64,000 nucleotides of DNA, from positions 3,762-67,761 of the forward strand of contig JAUCBJ010000343.1 of assembly GCA_032718475.1 (NCBI GenBank), given 5' to 3'. The translations under genes were made by a program, and so were the position numbers. Origin of the DNA: Nemertoderma westbladi (lineage: Eukaryota > Animalia > Xenacoelomorpha). Numbering within the stretch: the first letter of the stretch is position 1; each line of letters begins with the position of its first letter. Of the stretch, positions 1-11,899 are shown piece by piece. Under the pieces are notes generated by a model that ran no database searches, was not told the origin of the DNA, and saw only the letters and a program-made list of their open reading frames with translations.

Positions 1-194
1 TTATTTTCATATAAACTGCTCCCTACTGTATATCAACATTGAGCTACTTTGCATCCACTATGTTGAAGCTGATAGGTTTAGGTATATTAGTTTACCTATA
101 GGCAGATATATAGACCGTATTTGGGTCGATAAATTCATTCGCAGAAAATTTAATTTTCGTTGGTCAAAAGTAATTTATTTACCGTATTTCTAAA

Positions 195-299
195 ATGTTA
201 CAGACAATAACTCTTCCATTTTTTGCTCTGGCAGCACTTTTAGTGGTGTGTCTTGGTGAAATCAACAGGGAACCAAACGAATTGGTTGAAAGAGACAAT
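195..299 (+). CDS. Exon 1 (signal peptide) of a secreted fibrinogen C-terminal domain (FReD/ficolin-like) protein
   Basis: ATG at 195 reads MLQTITLPFFALAALLVVCLGEINREPNELVERDN (hydrophobic signal peptide). It ends at a GTAAGT donor at 300, phase 0, which matches the acceptor at 1643. Confidence 0.8.
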
Positions 300-1643
300 G
301 TAAGTTTGATATTTAAACATATTTTTCACATTAAGTATGTACCGTAGGCCCTATAGTTGTGTGACAATGTCTGAAGGTCTAACTACACTGAACTACATTT
401 TGTTGTTAAAGTGCTCAACCAAAATTTAAAAATTATTTTAAAGATATGATTAGTGCATACCGATATCTATCTGCATCGCTTTTGGCTATTAGCACATGAA
501 TGTAGGCCTACGTTTTTCAGTATACTGTGAACTAAACACCAAAATACAGTATAATGTAGAATCTACTGTAGTGCCAAACTAGTGGGTGAAAGTTAACTGT
601 ATTCGATTTTTACATAAAATTAGCTTTAAGTGCAAACGTACATAGTGTAAGAAACTGCGATTATCTGTATCACAAATCAACCCAGGATCTGAATGGATGC
701 GTGATAGGAGGGGACCGGACGGGATGAGCGGAAATATATGTGACCGACCGGTGCTCATACAGTATAATGAAACCTGAAATCAGATAGAAATACTTGTATC
801 ATGCAGACAGGTGCGTGATACCGTGGATAACACAGAATGAATGTACGTCAGTACATTCATGTAGGCTACGTGCTACAGTATTGCACTGTATACTGAAAGT
901 AATGTCTGTGGTTCTGGGGCGAGCCGCGTAGTGAGGCGAGTCCGTGTGTCCGTGGTATCCCTACATGATCCATACCCTCTGTGTGTCCAATCTCCCTTCT
1001 CTCTACCTTCCCCAGCCCCTCGGCACCCCAACTCATCTCAAACCTCCTTCACCCTCTCTGCACCCCAACTAATCTCTACCCCCTATACCCTCGCCGTGTT
1101 CCATCTCTTCTGTTGTTTTGTATCAGATATATAAAGTATATCTGTTGGCCTAACTGCTTAAATAATAATTATTAGGAACAGTGAGCCTCCCTACCCTAGA
1201 TATGCACAACTTTTATCTGTCCTCCTAACAGAGGACCCCTCTCTGTACCAGCTGCTCTCGACCCCATAAAAGAGGAACTGCTGTATCTGAGTACCAACTC
1301 TTTTTTGTCTTCCATGCCATCTGTCTCCCAACTCTTATCTGACCTTCCTATACCCTCTCGCTTTCTGTATATCAACTTCTCACTGGCCTCATTCATTAAC
1401 TTTTAGTTTTAAATATTCGTCAACAAACTTTCCCTATAATTCGGTAATAAAGTCACTTTTTATAAATAAATTATATCCCTTGGCTGAAGGGCTCTTTCTT
1501 GTTCCTCATAAAACAATCTAAATAAATTTATTTGTAGCTTGAAAAAAGGCTTTGTATATTATTTATCTAATGGTGATGAAAAACTCAAATATTATCGAAT
1601 AAGTAGGCCTATTATTAATTTTACGAAATAATTGTTGTTTTAG

Positions 1644-2300
1644 GATACTGACCGAAACAATGAATTGAAAATATACCCAGCTTTCGTCCAAACATACGCA
1701 GACCTTGTCTATATGAATGTGAAGATTCAACAAAGAGTAGACGGAAATATCAACTTCTATCGAAACTGGAATGAATACGTTGAAGGATTTGGCGACCCGA
1801 AAACAAATTTTTGGATGGGTTTAGAAATGATTTACAAGCTCAGCAAAGGTGGGGTTCAGTTGAGAGTCGATTTGTGGTTCACTGGAAAAGGATGGAGAAA
1901 TCCAGAAGCGAGAAATAAATTAGTTGATATCAACGATGAACACCGATACGCCGAATACAACTTCTATCTTGGATCTGCCGAAACCAATTACACCCTACAT
2001 GTATCCGGTTACAATGGCAATGCTGGTGATAATATGGCCGATCAAGATGGTCAGCCATTCTCCACAAAAGACCACGATAATGATCATAGTCTCGATTATA
2101 AAGGCCAGGACCGCGTCTGCCCCTATCATTGTAGAGGAGCATGGTGGTACAAAAGTTGCTTGGATCTGAAGCTGGCCAGCAACTTGAATGGAATCTATGG
2201 TAGGGGGTTGGGAAGAGGACCTTTTTGGTTTGGATTTACCGCAAATAACGCGGCTTCTCGAGTTGAAATGAAGATTTCGCGAAAGTTAAAATGTAAGTGA
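1644..2300 (+). CDS. Exon 2 of the fibrinogen-related domain protein
   Basis: Acceptor ttgttgttttag|GAT at 1643/1644 is in frame with ORF 1665-2300. FReD motifs: IQQRVDGNINFYRNWNEYVEGFGD, FWMGLE, LRVDL, YTLHVSGYNGNAGD, FSTKDHDND, GAWWYKSC, SNLNG, VEMKI. Confidence 0.9.
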   Translation, partial: DTDRNNELKIYPAFVQTYADLVYMNVKIQQRVDGNINFYRNWNEYVEGFGDPKTNFWMGLEMIYKLSKGGVQLRVDLWFTGKGWRNPEARNKLVDINDEHRYAEYNFYLGSAETNYTLHVSGYNGNAGDNMADQDGQPFSTKDHDNDHSLDYKGQDRVCPYHCRGAWWYKSCLDLKLASNLNGIYGRGLGRGPFWFGFTANNAASRVEMKISRKLKCK

Positions 2301-2473
2301 AATTAATTGTTTTTCTACTTCTGATAGAAAAAAAAGACCCACCTTCAGTAAACTGTAGGAACCGTAGCGAGTACCGGTAGAAAATATAAAATGAATTATT
2401 ATTATTATTAAGTAATTAAACAGGACTAAGAATGATCCAACTCAATAGCAAATGGAGCGGAAAAAATGAATTC

Positions 2474-2544
2474 GCCACCAGCGGGGATCGAACCCGCGTC
2501 TCTCGATAAACGTTCAGGTATGCTAACCACTACACCACGGAGGC
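2474..2544 (-). pseudogene. tRNA-derived sequence (SINE head or tRNA pseudogene)
   Basis: Minus strand reads GCCTCCGTGGTGTAGTGGTTAGCA...GCGGGTTCGATCCCCGCTGGTGGC, with Pol III A and B boxes, a T-arm and a partly paired acceptor stem. The anticodon arm does not pair. Confidence 0.7.
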
Positions 2545-2599
2545 TCCTGCATCTTTCCGATTGATTTGCTATAGGTGGTATGCTACCTTACGGTTGCTA

Positions 2600-2858
2600 T
2601 TATTGTTTTTAAGAAAATGTCATTTTTAACCAAATGATACGAATGAACTGAACCGGGTTGTCGTTTTCTCAGATTATAGTTGATTTGTAAAACACACCAC
2701 TATACTATGGGCCGCCGTTTGGGCAATTTATTTGGCCCAAACGGCGGCCCATAGTATAGTGTTGTGTTTTACAAATCAACTATAATATGAGAAAACGACA
2801 ACCAGGTTCAGTTCATTCGTATCATTTGGTTAAAAATGACATTTTCTTTAAAATAATA
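2600..2858. mobile_element. Near-perfect hairpin/foldback MITE (about 125-bp arms, 10-nt loop)
   Basis: aagaaaatgtcatttttaaccaaatg...gggccgccgtttgggc is mirrored by gcccaaacggcggccc...catttggttaaaaatgacattttctt. Loop at 2725-2734. Confidence 0.8.
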
Positions 2859-3002
2859 AACAAGTTTGATTTTAAAATTTATGTTGGTTATTCTGCAGGT
2901 TGAATTCCAGACTGTGAAGAAGAATTATAACTCCATTACTGTAACTATTATATCTTATGATGCCTATCAATAGGAATGTATCTAATATGTTATACTGTAT
3001 GC

Positions 3003-3611
3003 ATGGGGCGCCGTTCCGGCAAAAAGTACATGACATTCTCGGCCCGATTTAGATCAAACTTGCCCCGATATTGCTTTCTCGGCCCGAGAACGCAAACTCG
3101 GTCCGAGAATGCAAACTCGGCCCGAAAAGCATTCATCAGCAATACTTGTAATATCAAATTAGAATAAATTTTCTTGTCTATTGAAATCACCCATATACGT
3201 TTGTCCGCTGATTTAGGCAGAGGCTAAATCAACACTGAAATCAGCAGTCAGGCAGCCCATAACTCGTTATGCTACAGTAAATTCATAACAAAATGCGACA
3301 AAAAAGTCAAAAGAACGGACATAAAAATCACCAGGGAGCACTGAAATTCAGCACTGCGATATACTGTATGAATAACCAGATGCTGGTAGGGTAGCAGTAA
3401 TGCAGAAATGAAAGAAAATGGAAAGCATACTACGAGAGTGACTAATACAATACTGTACATTCAAACACTTTGCATTCTCGGGCCTAGTTTTCATTCTCGG
3501 ACCGAGATTACATTCTCAGGTCAAGAATGCATTCTCGAGCCGAGTTTGGTCTAGTTTCTCAGGCCGAGAATGTCATGTAGGCCTACTTTTGGCCGGAACG
3601 CCGCACCACAT
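3003..3611. mobile_element. Non-autonomous TIR DNA transposon with ctcggcccga subterminal repeats
   Basis: Left end ggcgccgttccggcaaaaagtacatgacattctcggcc versus right end ggccgagaatgtcatgta(ggccta)cttttggccggaacgccgc. Repeated ctcggNccga motifs near both ends. Confidence 0.7.
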
Positions 3612-4117
3612 ACTGTATGGTTGTTGGGAACAGTACCAATAGGACTATCTATAATGTTACAGTATATGGTTGTTGGGTACCGTAAAGTACAGTATAAGTA
3701 TAGGCCTATAGTATACTACATGTATATAATTATTGTACAAGGCCATGCCATCGAGTCGACAGGGGGCGGTGATTGGGGTAAGATTTTCTTATGATTTATA
3801 CCTGTGATCTAGTTACATAATTAAAATTAATTTAATTTATTCAATTTATTAAGCAATACACAAATAAATTGATTTATATACATTTGATAGGCTACATGTA
3901 TAGAAAGTATGGTTCCATTTCGTTAGAGATTGACCGACGTAAACGTTCAAACATTTCCAACGGCGGCGACAGACGGCCCATTAATTATTTTTATTTGGTT
4001 TTAAAAGCTTCACATAGACTTCGTGGCTCGCCCCAAATGTAATTATAGTTTGGTTTCTGGGTTAACTTGTTTCCTGAATGTACAATATTAGTATTTCTAT
4101 TATTTACCTGAGTAAAA

Positions 4118-5606
4118 TAACGCCACTAATTGATTGCCACCCCAAATTACAGTAGATGATTTTACACCAAAAACTTAATAGGCACCAAATAAATTTTTTG
4201 TAGCACCAATTTACATCCCCCAATTTTGAATATCTCTCTCACCAAAAACAATTATTCATCCCCCAAAAACAATAATTCATCCCCAAAAACAACTATTCAT
4301 ACCCCAAAAACAACTATTCATACCCCAAAAACAATAATTCATCCCCAAAAACAATAATTCATCCCCAAAAACAACTATTCATACCCCAAAAACAATTATC
4401 CATCCCCCCAACAATTATTCACCCCCCAACCCCAAAAATCCCCCTCTCCCAAAAAAAGACAATTATCCCAAAGACAATTATTCTACCCCCAAAAACAATT
4501 ATTCAATCTCCCTAAAATAATTACTTGTCAACCAAAAACAATTCTTACAGCACCAAATATTTTATGGAAAATTTAATTATACAAATTCATTAATAATTTA
4601 TTTCCTTAAATCAAACAAAATATTTAATTATATTATACCGACGATCCTCGGATGAGTACAAAACAAAGACTCAATTATAAAAACCTGCATAATATTGTAC
4701 CATGTTAACTTTCGTTTATTGTTTTGGTTCCCCCAACACACCTCTGTAACCTGGTCCTTTACTAACCTGCTCCTTTAAATGGCAATGGGACCTAACGCTC
4801 TTTGGGACCTAACGCTGTTTGGGTCCTAACGCGACTTTACCTCTTGGTTTTGTACAGAACGTGCAGTAAAGTGTTTGTTTGGTCTTTGTTTTGTACTCAC
4901 CCGACGATCCTCGTAACAATAGTCTACAACTAAGTCTGTAACTGAGAGTCTGTTTATTTGGGTAGAATAGTTGATTATTTTTGGGGAATATGCATTTATT
5001 TTGGGGGTATGTGTATTTAATTTGAGGGATTATGTATTTATTTTGGGGGAATATGTATTTATTTTGGGGAAAATTATGTATTTATTTTGGGGGAATATAT
5101 GTAGGCCTACTGAATTTAATTTGGGGGATTATGTATTTATTTTGGGGGATTATGTATTTATTTTAGGGGATTATGTATTTATTTTGGGGGGAAATGTATT
5201 TATTTTTGGAAAATTTGTATTTGTTTTGGGAAAATTTGTATTTATTTTGGGAAAATTTGTATTTATTTTGGGAAAATTTGTATTTATTTTGGGAAAATTT
5301 GTATTTATTTTGGGAAAATTTGTATTTATTTTGGGAAAATTTGTATTTATTTTGGGAATATTTGTATTTATTTTGGTGCGAATAATTGATTTTGGGGAGC
5401 ATTTATTTATTTTAGTGTTAATAATTGTTTTTCGTGTTGAAAAATTTATTTTGGTGTTAGAATAATTTTATTTGGTGACTTTACTGTATTTTATTTAGTG
5501 TTAAATAATTTTTATGGGGTCACATTATTTAAATTGGTAATATAATTTTTTTGGTGAAATAATTTCATCGATTTTGGTATGACTTTAATTGGTAGGCCTA
5601 GCCGTC
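4118..5606. mobile_element. Foldback-like element with inverted subterminal 20-21-bp tandem arrays
   Basis: Array ccccaaaaacaataattcat (about 4240-4540) faces an oppositely oriented array ttttgggaaaatttgtatttat (about 4970-5460). Imperfect terminal inverted similarity at about 4118-4170 and 5550-5606. Confidence 0.55.
4650..4902. mobile_element. 253-bp MULE-type MITE nested in the foldback element
   Basis: TIRs ggatgagtacaaaacaaagac / gtctttgttttgtactcaccc, flanked by the 10-bp direct repeat GACGATCCTC (4640-4649, 4903-4912). Confidence 0.75.
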
Positions 5607-6733
5607 AAATAATCAAAGATTTCACGTAATAGACCTACACTTGGCTTCATTGTTATTTTATATATATTAGTGTTCCACACATTCTAGAATACCAAATACA
5701 CATATACACCAATACCAAATATCAAGTTCCGTTGTTTTAAATTGTTGGTGATAATTGCGTGGTTTCGAAAGTACAAATATCCGGCACTGCCACATATTGC
5801 AATTTACCTGTCACATTGAAATATATACTACACTGCATACTGCACTGCTACACTTAATTTCGTACATGTGATGTTTCTTTCCCAGGGTTCCCTTTAATTC
5901 CCAAATAAAAAAATACTCATCGGAAAGGAATTTGGCATACTCACTATATTAGGCAACTTTCTACCAACTTCCCAAACAGTAGTCTGGGAAGCTATTAAAG
6001 TATTTAGGAATTTCAAGACATGCGCGAAGGCATGAATTATTTGAGCGACTATTTGGTGCGCTATGACGGTCAGAAGGTGGCGGTCGGTCTATCTGTTGAT
6101 CGGGCGGCCGGACGGACGGTGATTGAGAAGTGAGTGGGTGTGAAGGTGTGTGTAAGGGAAGGTGAACCTGAGGGGATGGGAATGTGGGAAGATTGAAATG
6201 TAGGAAATTTGAAATGTGGTATGGAAGGTGGTAATGTTCGAAGATGGATCGATGGGAATGTTGGGAAGATGGATGTTAATGCGGGAAAGTGGATGGAATT
6301 TTGGAAGAGGATTGTAGAAAGATGGATGGGAAAGAGGATAATGTTACCCATCGAAATATCGAAAACAACATAACATGACATATAGAGCATTGACATGTAA
6401 TATTGTAACAGTCATCGAATATATTAACAAAATAACAATTAAACTAAAATATATTAAAAATGAATTGGAATCCGACAAGAAATATCATACCTGTAATCTG
6501 TCTGAACCTATAAAATTTTATCCAGAAATATAGAGACGTTGTAGCACGAGCCATTTCATTCAACGCTAGGGTAATTGTTATAAATCGGTGGTGAAGTAAT
6601 GTGATATAAAAGGAACACAATATTTGAAAACTACAGCCTGAATAATACAATCTTTAGCTACAGTAGAATATCAGTTTCTGGTCTATTGACCGCAGTATTA
6701 TAATTACAATGACGTACAAACTGTCTGGGTGGT

Positions 6734-9700
6734 TCATTCTGAAACAGTAGATTCATTAGCTTCAGTAGGTGATTGCTTTGGACTACCATTTGGAGTACCA
6801 TTTCCTGGACTACCAGGTGGTGAACTACAACTTAATGGCTCACTGGATGGTGAAGTTTTGGAACCAGTAGTTTGTGGCCTATCACAAGTTATAATTCCAT
6901 CAGTTAGAAGATCGTCGTTTTGAGAAATGGTGTGATCATCAATAGTTGCCACGCCTTCAATATCACCCATTGTTTTTCCGTCATCAATATCATCAATGGT
7001 TTTACCTATATCATCGATATCATCAATGTGTTTCAAGCCATTAATATCACCCATAGTTTTCCAGTCATCAATATCATCTATTGTTTTCACACAATCATTA
7101 ACATTCATTGTTTTTACAACATCAATATCATCTATTGCTTTCACACCATCATTGTCATCCATTGTTTTAGCGTTATCTGCATCATCCATTGCATTCCTGT
7201 CAACAATTGTTATTGGGCCATGAATATTATTTATTATTTTCCCATAATCAATACCGTCAATTGTTTTAATCACATCCTCGATAACATCAACAGACTCAAC
7301 ATCTTCAGTAGCATCACTTATATCAAGAGCGGCATGTTTGGCGTAATCCCCACTGCTGGGAACACCAGTATCTTTAACAGGATTGTCCAGGCCATCGGAT
7401 CCCTGCATAGCAATTGGTAAGGCCACATTAGCTTCAAATAATGGAATCATTTCAACACCATGAGACGACCTCATGTGAGATATTATAGAATGGGGGCGAC
7501 GGTAGCCACCACTTGGATCGGCTACACACAAGGGACAATGGAAGGTTTGCTTTTCTACGTGAGAATATACATGTCTTTTAAAGTGAATAGGGCGATAACC
7601 ACATAGCTTACAAACTTTAGCACCATCACAGTGTTTCTCTACAAAATGATCACGATATGAATTTGGAGAGGATTGCACTTCTTTGCACATTTGACACCAA
7701 ATGTTACAAAATCTCTCCACAGTTATGTCCCCATTCGAAGATACTAAACTGAGTGTTCGTTTATTTCTAGAGGGACTACACTTATTGCCACTTGATGTTT
7801 CATCCACAGCATTGGATGACAATGCGGTTGCTTGTTGAAGATTTATTTTTATACTTTTCTTGAATGATGCCGCTTTCTGAATAAATTTAGGCTGTTTCGA
7901 TATTTTCGTTGTCTTGATCGAAGGACAGATTTTGGAATGACGATGTAAATTACCTTTATTGGCAAAATTTCCTCCGCAATTGCTGCATTTAAATATAATT
8001 GCTGGACCAGTTGATGGTGACTTGTGTGCTCCTTGGGAGATTATCTTTTCTCCAATCATCTTATTTTCGCAAATATTTTTATGCCGAATTATATTTTTTT
8101 TGCTAAAAACCTTATTGCAGTAAGGGCACCTCTGTTTGGATAGTGCGATCTTTTTGCTTACAGTTGCAAATTTACGATTAGGTTGCCGAAACTTTTTATA
8201 AATGGGACATATTGCCATATGACGCAAACGACTACGAGGTGATGAAAAACACTTATTGCAATAACTGCATGGGTTTTCTGTGCCAGAATACCTTGCTCTC
8301 CTCAATTTCTTCCCCGTTACACCAGCGCCAATACCGGACGTAGCCTTTACTTTCCTTGATACAGCAGCACCAATTGCAGACTTCGCGTTTACCTTCGATT
8401 TTACAGCAGCGCCAATGGCAGATCGAGCCTTTACCTTCCCTGTTACAGTTACAGTAGCGTCAACAGCAGACCTAGCCTTTACCTTGCTTATTATACCAGA
8501 GTCGGCGGTAGACATCGCTTTTACCTTCCCTACTACAGTAGATCTACCAACGCCAGACCTAGTCTTTACCTTCCCTTTTATACCATCGCCTATGATAGGA
8601 TTGACATTTACTGAATGCCTCGAACACTGACCTAAACTCCTAGCTTGCCGAAACTCCTGGCGAACAGGACTGACCGAAATTATTGTATCAGAATCTTTGG
8701 AATTTTTCTTCCCTTTAGGACCACGACCACAGTCAAATCCTTTAATTTTATGATCAATTAATTGACTATAACTATCGAATATTTTCCAACATGTTCTGCA
8801 CTTGAAAGTATTACAAACCATCTGCTTTCTTGGGGCACTTCTAGAGCCTTTACTGGGAGTAATTTTGGAGACTGCAAACATATCAACCTTGGTTTTAATA
8901 TTACTGCTAGTTACTGCAGAAGCGTCAAAATTAATGTTGTGTTCTCTGAATTTGTGCACTTTCAAGGCGCTATTCGAGATACACTTTTTATCACAAATGT
9001 TGCACTTGTAAAGTGACTGGCAAGTATGAAAAGCAACATGATATTGCATGCGTTTCGAATTCATACCCAACTTGCAAATAGTGCAATATTTCCTATTTAT
9101 TGTATGTTTAGAATATAAATGTCCTTTAAGACTCAACTTATCAACACACACCTCTCCACAATCAACACAAGCAATTCCACTAGGCCTACCTGCATCTATA
9201 CGCGAGTGAAATTTAGAAAGAGAATTCGAAGTTGTGGGCACGAGATTAGAAACAGCTGGTGACTCAATGGTATTACTATCGCTATCCATAGAAACCACAG
9301 CAATGTCTGCCTTCAAAGTATCCAAAATATCATCATGTGGTGAACCCTTTGAATCCATAATAGAACTAGAGGAATCTTTAATAATTGAGACGTTAGATTT
9401 CAAAGTATCATTTGAATCCCTAATAGAACTACCGTTATAAGATTCTTTAATAACAGAGTTATTTGAGGATACCGGTAACACATTTTCACTGAATTCATGA
9501 TTCATGTCGTAAACCCCGCCATGCATTATTCTTATGTGATTAGCAAATAACTTGGGGCATTCAAAGGCATTACCACAAGTGCGACACTTATTAAACGCAA
9601 TGTTAACATGATAAAGAATGTGCTCCTCGACTATTTCCTTGGAACCAAGCGATACTTCACATGATAAACATGTATTACCTTTTATATGATTGTCGTTAAA

Positions 9701-9772
9701 ATGCCAAAAAAGGACTCCTGTACTGTTGTAACAATACTGGTGGCATATAGGACACGATCTGTCCTGATCCAT
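6734..9772 (-). CDS. Multi zinc-finger protein (C2H2 and C2HC fingers), 1012 aa, single long exon
   Basis: Uninterrupted ORF with many CxxC...H...H/C units (CRTCGNAFECPKLFANHIRIMH, CNICDKKCISNSALKVHKFREH, CSNCGGNFANKGNLHRHSKIC), a basic 13-aa repeat and an acidic 10-aa repeat. Confidence 0.85.
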   Translation of the reverse strand: MDQDRSCPICHQYCYNSTGVLFWHFNDNHIKGNTCLSCEVSLGSKEIVEEHILYHVNIAFNKCRTCGNAFECPKLFANHIRIMHGGVYDMNHEFSENVLPVSSNNSVIKESYNGSSIRDSNDTLKSNVSIIKDSSSSIMDSKGSPHDDILDTLKADIAVVSMDSDSNTIESPAVSNLVPTTSNSLSKFHSRIDAGRPSGIACVDCGEVCVDKLSLKGHLYSKHTINRKYCTICKLGMNSKRMQYHVAFHTCQSLYKCNICDKKCISNSALKVHKFREHNINFDASAVTSSNIKTKVDMFAVSKITPSKGSRSAPRKQMVCNTFKCRTCWKIFDSYSQLIDHKIKGFDCGRGPKGKKNSKDSDTIISVSPVRQEFRQARSLGQCSRHSVNVNPIIGDGIKGKVKTRSGVGRSTVVGKVKAMSTADSGIISKVKARSAVDATVTVTGKVKARSAIGAAVKSKVNAKSAIGAAVSRKVKATSGIGAGVTGKKLRRARYSGTENPCSYCNKCFSSPRSRLRHMAICPIYKKFRQPNRKFATVSKKIALSKQRCPYCNKVFSKKNIIRHKNICENKMIGEKIISQGAHKSPSTGPAIIFKCSNCGGNFANKGNLHRHSKICPSIKTTKISKQPKFIQKAASFKKSIKINLQQATALSSNAVDETSSGNKCSPSRNKRTLSLVSSNGDITVERFCNIWCQMCKEVQSSPNSYRDHFVEKHCDGAKVCKLCGYRPIHFKRHVYSHVEKQTFHCPLCVADPSGGYRRPHSIISHMRSSHGVEMIPLFEANVALPIAMQGSDGLDNPVKDTGVPSSGDYAKHAALDISDATEDVESVDVIEDVIKTIDGIDYGKIINNIHGPITIVDRNAMDDADNAKTMDDNDGVKAIDDIDVVKTMNVNDCVKTIDDIDDWKTMGDINGLKHIDDIDDIGKTIDDIDDGKTMGDIEGVATIDDHTISQNDDLLTDGIITCDRPQTTGSKTSPSSEPLSCSSPPGSPGNGTPNGSPKQSPTEANESTVSE

Positions 9773-11899
9773 TATTTATCAAAAACTACAGCCACAGTAG
9801 CACATGTCTTATCTATTTCGTGATATTAGTAGGCCTATAGAGCCAGACAGGAGAGAGAGAGGAGTCCTATTATAATTTGCATCTTAAAAACTGTAGGCCT
9901 ACTATAGTCAGATAGTCAGACAGTAAACTCAAACTGCGAGCTATAATGCGAATACCCAGCTATATGAACCAGTAGGCCTACTGCGAACTGAAAATATACT
10001 GACACCTGCGGTATAGCCAAAAGCTGAAATGAAAATGTAGGAAAGCGGTTTACCTTGGGTATAACTTTTCGCCGTATCCGTATCATCAGTCCGTATGCAT
10101 TTGCTTTGCCGTATCCGTATGTACATACGGATACGCGTATGTGTGTATGTAATGGATTCCTATGGAGAATAATTCGTATGTGATTTTAAAGATTAGGCAT
10201 TGCGGACCAGTAAGAAGTGCAAAGCACACATGCTGACTGAATATAGGTCTGTAGGTAGGCCTACTTAAAAGCGATATGATTTAAAGAGTGCGACTGCCTC
10301 TACCTACTGACCTAACAGCCTAATGGCAAATAAACATTGTAGGTCCAGCATGAGTGAGAGTCTGAGCGTGCCAGATGATGTCCTTCAGCCCCGGGATGCG
10401 CCACAGCGCTTGTTTTCTTGGACTAACTGATACCTGGCCGCCCGGTTGGACTTAGATTAATTACTGGCACCCGGTTGGACTCGCTGACACGTGGTTTGAC
10501 TAACTGGCACTAGGCAGCTAGGTTGGACTTGTTGGCACTTGGCTGCATATATATGGCTGTATAGTTAACTAAATACTGGCCCCGAAACAGCGAAAAGTAA
10601 ACTAGCAACTAGTAAAGGTATATTATATCTTAATAAATTTACAAAGAAGGACAGACTGATACTACGGTTTTCAATATCTGAGCGAATGTTTATTTCCTTA
10701 GCCTGTCAGCATTCTCATTCAGTCATTGCCGCTTCTATCAGTCTAGACTAGGCTATGTTAGTGCCATATACTGATATACTGGTTGCTAGTTGGTTGCTAG
10801 TTAGCAACCAACAGAACATAACACAACACAATCCTGGCAGCCTGGTGTCTATAGCCAGGTTGGTGGAAAAACAGTTCAGCGGCGTTAACTGGTTAAAAGA
10901 GTTAACTGGTTAATAGGCTGATAGGTACTGCACTGCTGGTTGGCTGGCAGCCAGGCAGCTGGCGCATCCTGGGGCTGGCGGACACCGGCTGTCACTCATC
11001 CTGGACCTGTCCTGCAATGTTTATTTGACAAAAGGTAGCGGCAGCCACACTCTTTAAATCACTTAGCTGCTTAGCTTTAACTGTTTAAGTACAGTCGGTG
11101 ATATAGGCGATTTTGGACTTATTCCAATTTTGGAACTTTGTGCGAGGGTAGATTCCGAAATCGGAATACACTCCAAAATTGGACTTTTCTAAATTAAAAA
11201 AAAATATTTTAAAGTCCTGCAAGTATATTTCCATCATAAATTCTATCATTTTTCAATAAATATATGTTTTTCGTACCAAATTCGTTATTCCTACCACGCT
11301 TTTGCAGAAATGTATTCATACATTCCAAAATTGGACTTTGTTTACAGAGATGCTATGGAGGATGACTGCTGTAACACTAACAAGTAACAAGGTACAGGGG
11401 TCCGATCATAAGGCTATATGGGCATGACTAGAGCTGTACCCTGTACAGCACAGTTCTACGCTAGAAGCACAGCTGCAGCTAGACCCTAGACCAAGCTGCA
11501 GCTTGGTCTATTGGTGACATTCCTGGGCTTCCAATTAGGAAGCCCTGTTTCGATCCCTAGATGGGGCACGCCAGTCTGGGCACGGTATGGTGCACAGGGG
11601 CAGCACTGTTTGAGCACAGCTGCACAGTCTGACAGTGCTTTAAATGCTTCAGCCTAGACCATCCCTAGCTTTCATCCTTGTGAGTGGTCTATAAATGGGA
11701 ACCAAGGCAACTTTGGAAAAGAAAATGGAAGAGGTTTACTATAGAATATCATCCATGATCAGGCATTCCTTGGCTTAATGAGCCTAAAAAGATTATCCCA
11801 TTCAATCAGTCAATATCATGAATTGGGGTGTTAGCGATGCCGATGATGGAAAATATATAGACCTCTTAATCGTTTCAATATATTGTTTTAGTAAAGGCC

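Noticed and set aside
930-1530. Possible LINE 3' remnant in the FReD intron (PLCTSC... fragment)
   Set aside because: Too decayed, with stops in all frames, to assign by eye.
2474-2544. Functional tRNA gene
   Set aside because: The anticodon stem does not pair and the acceptor stem has a mismatch, so it was kept only as tRNA-derived.
4971-5465. Hydrophobic GKFVFIL repeat ORF
   Set aside because: Artefact of a 21-bp tandem array.
10048-10056. TSD reads AAG|GTAAAC on the minus strand, a possible duplicated splice donor for the zinc-finger 5' UTR
   Set aside because: The nearest acceptor would give an intron of only about 30 nt; it cannot be supported without transcripts.
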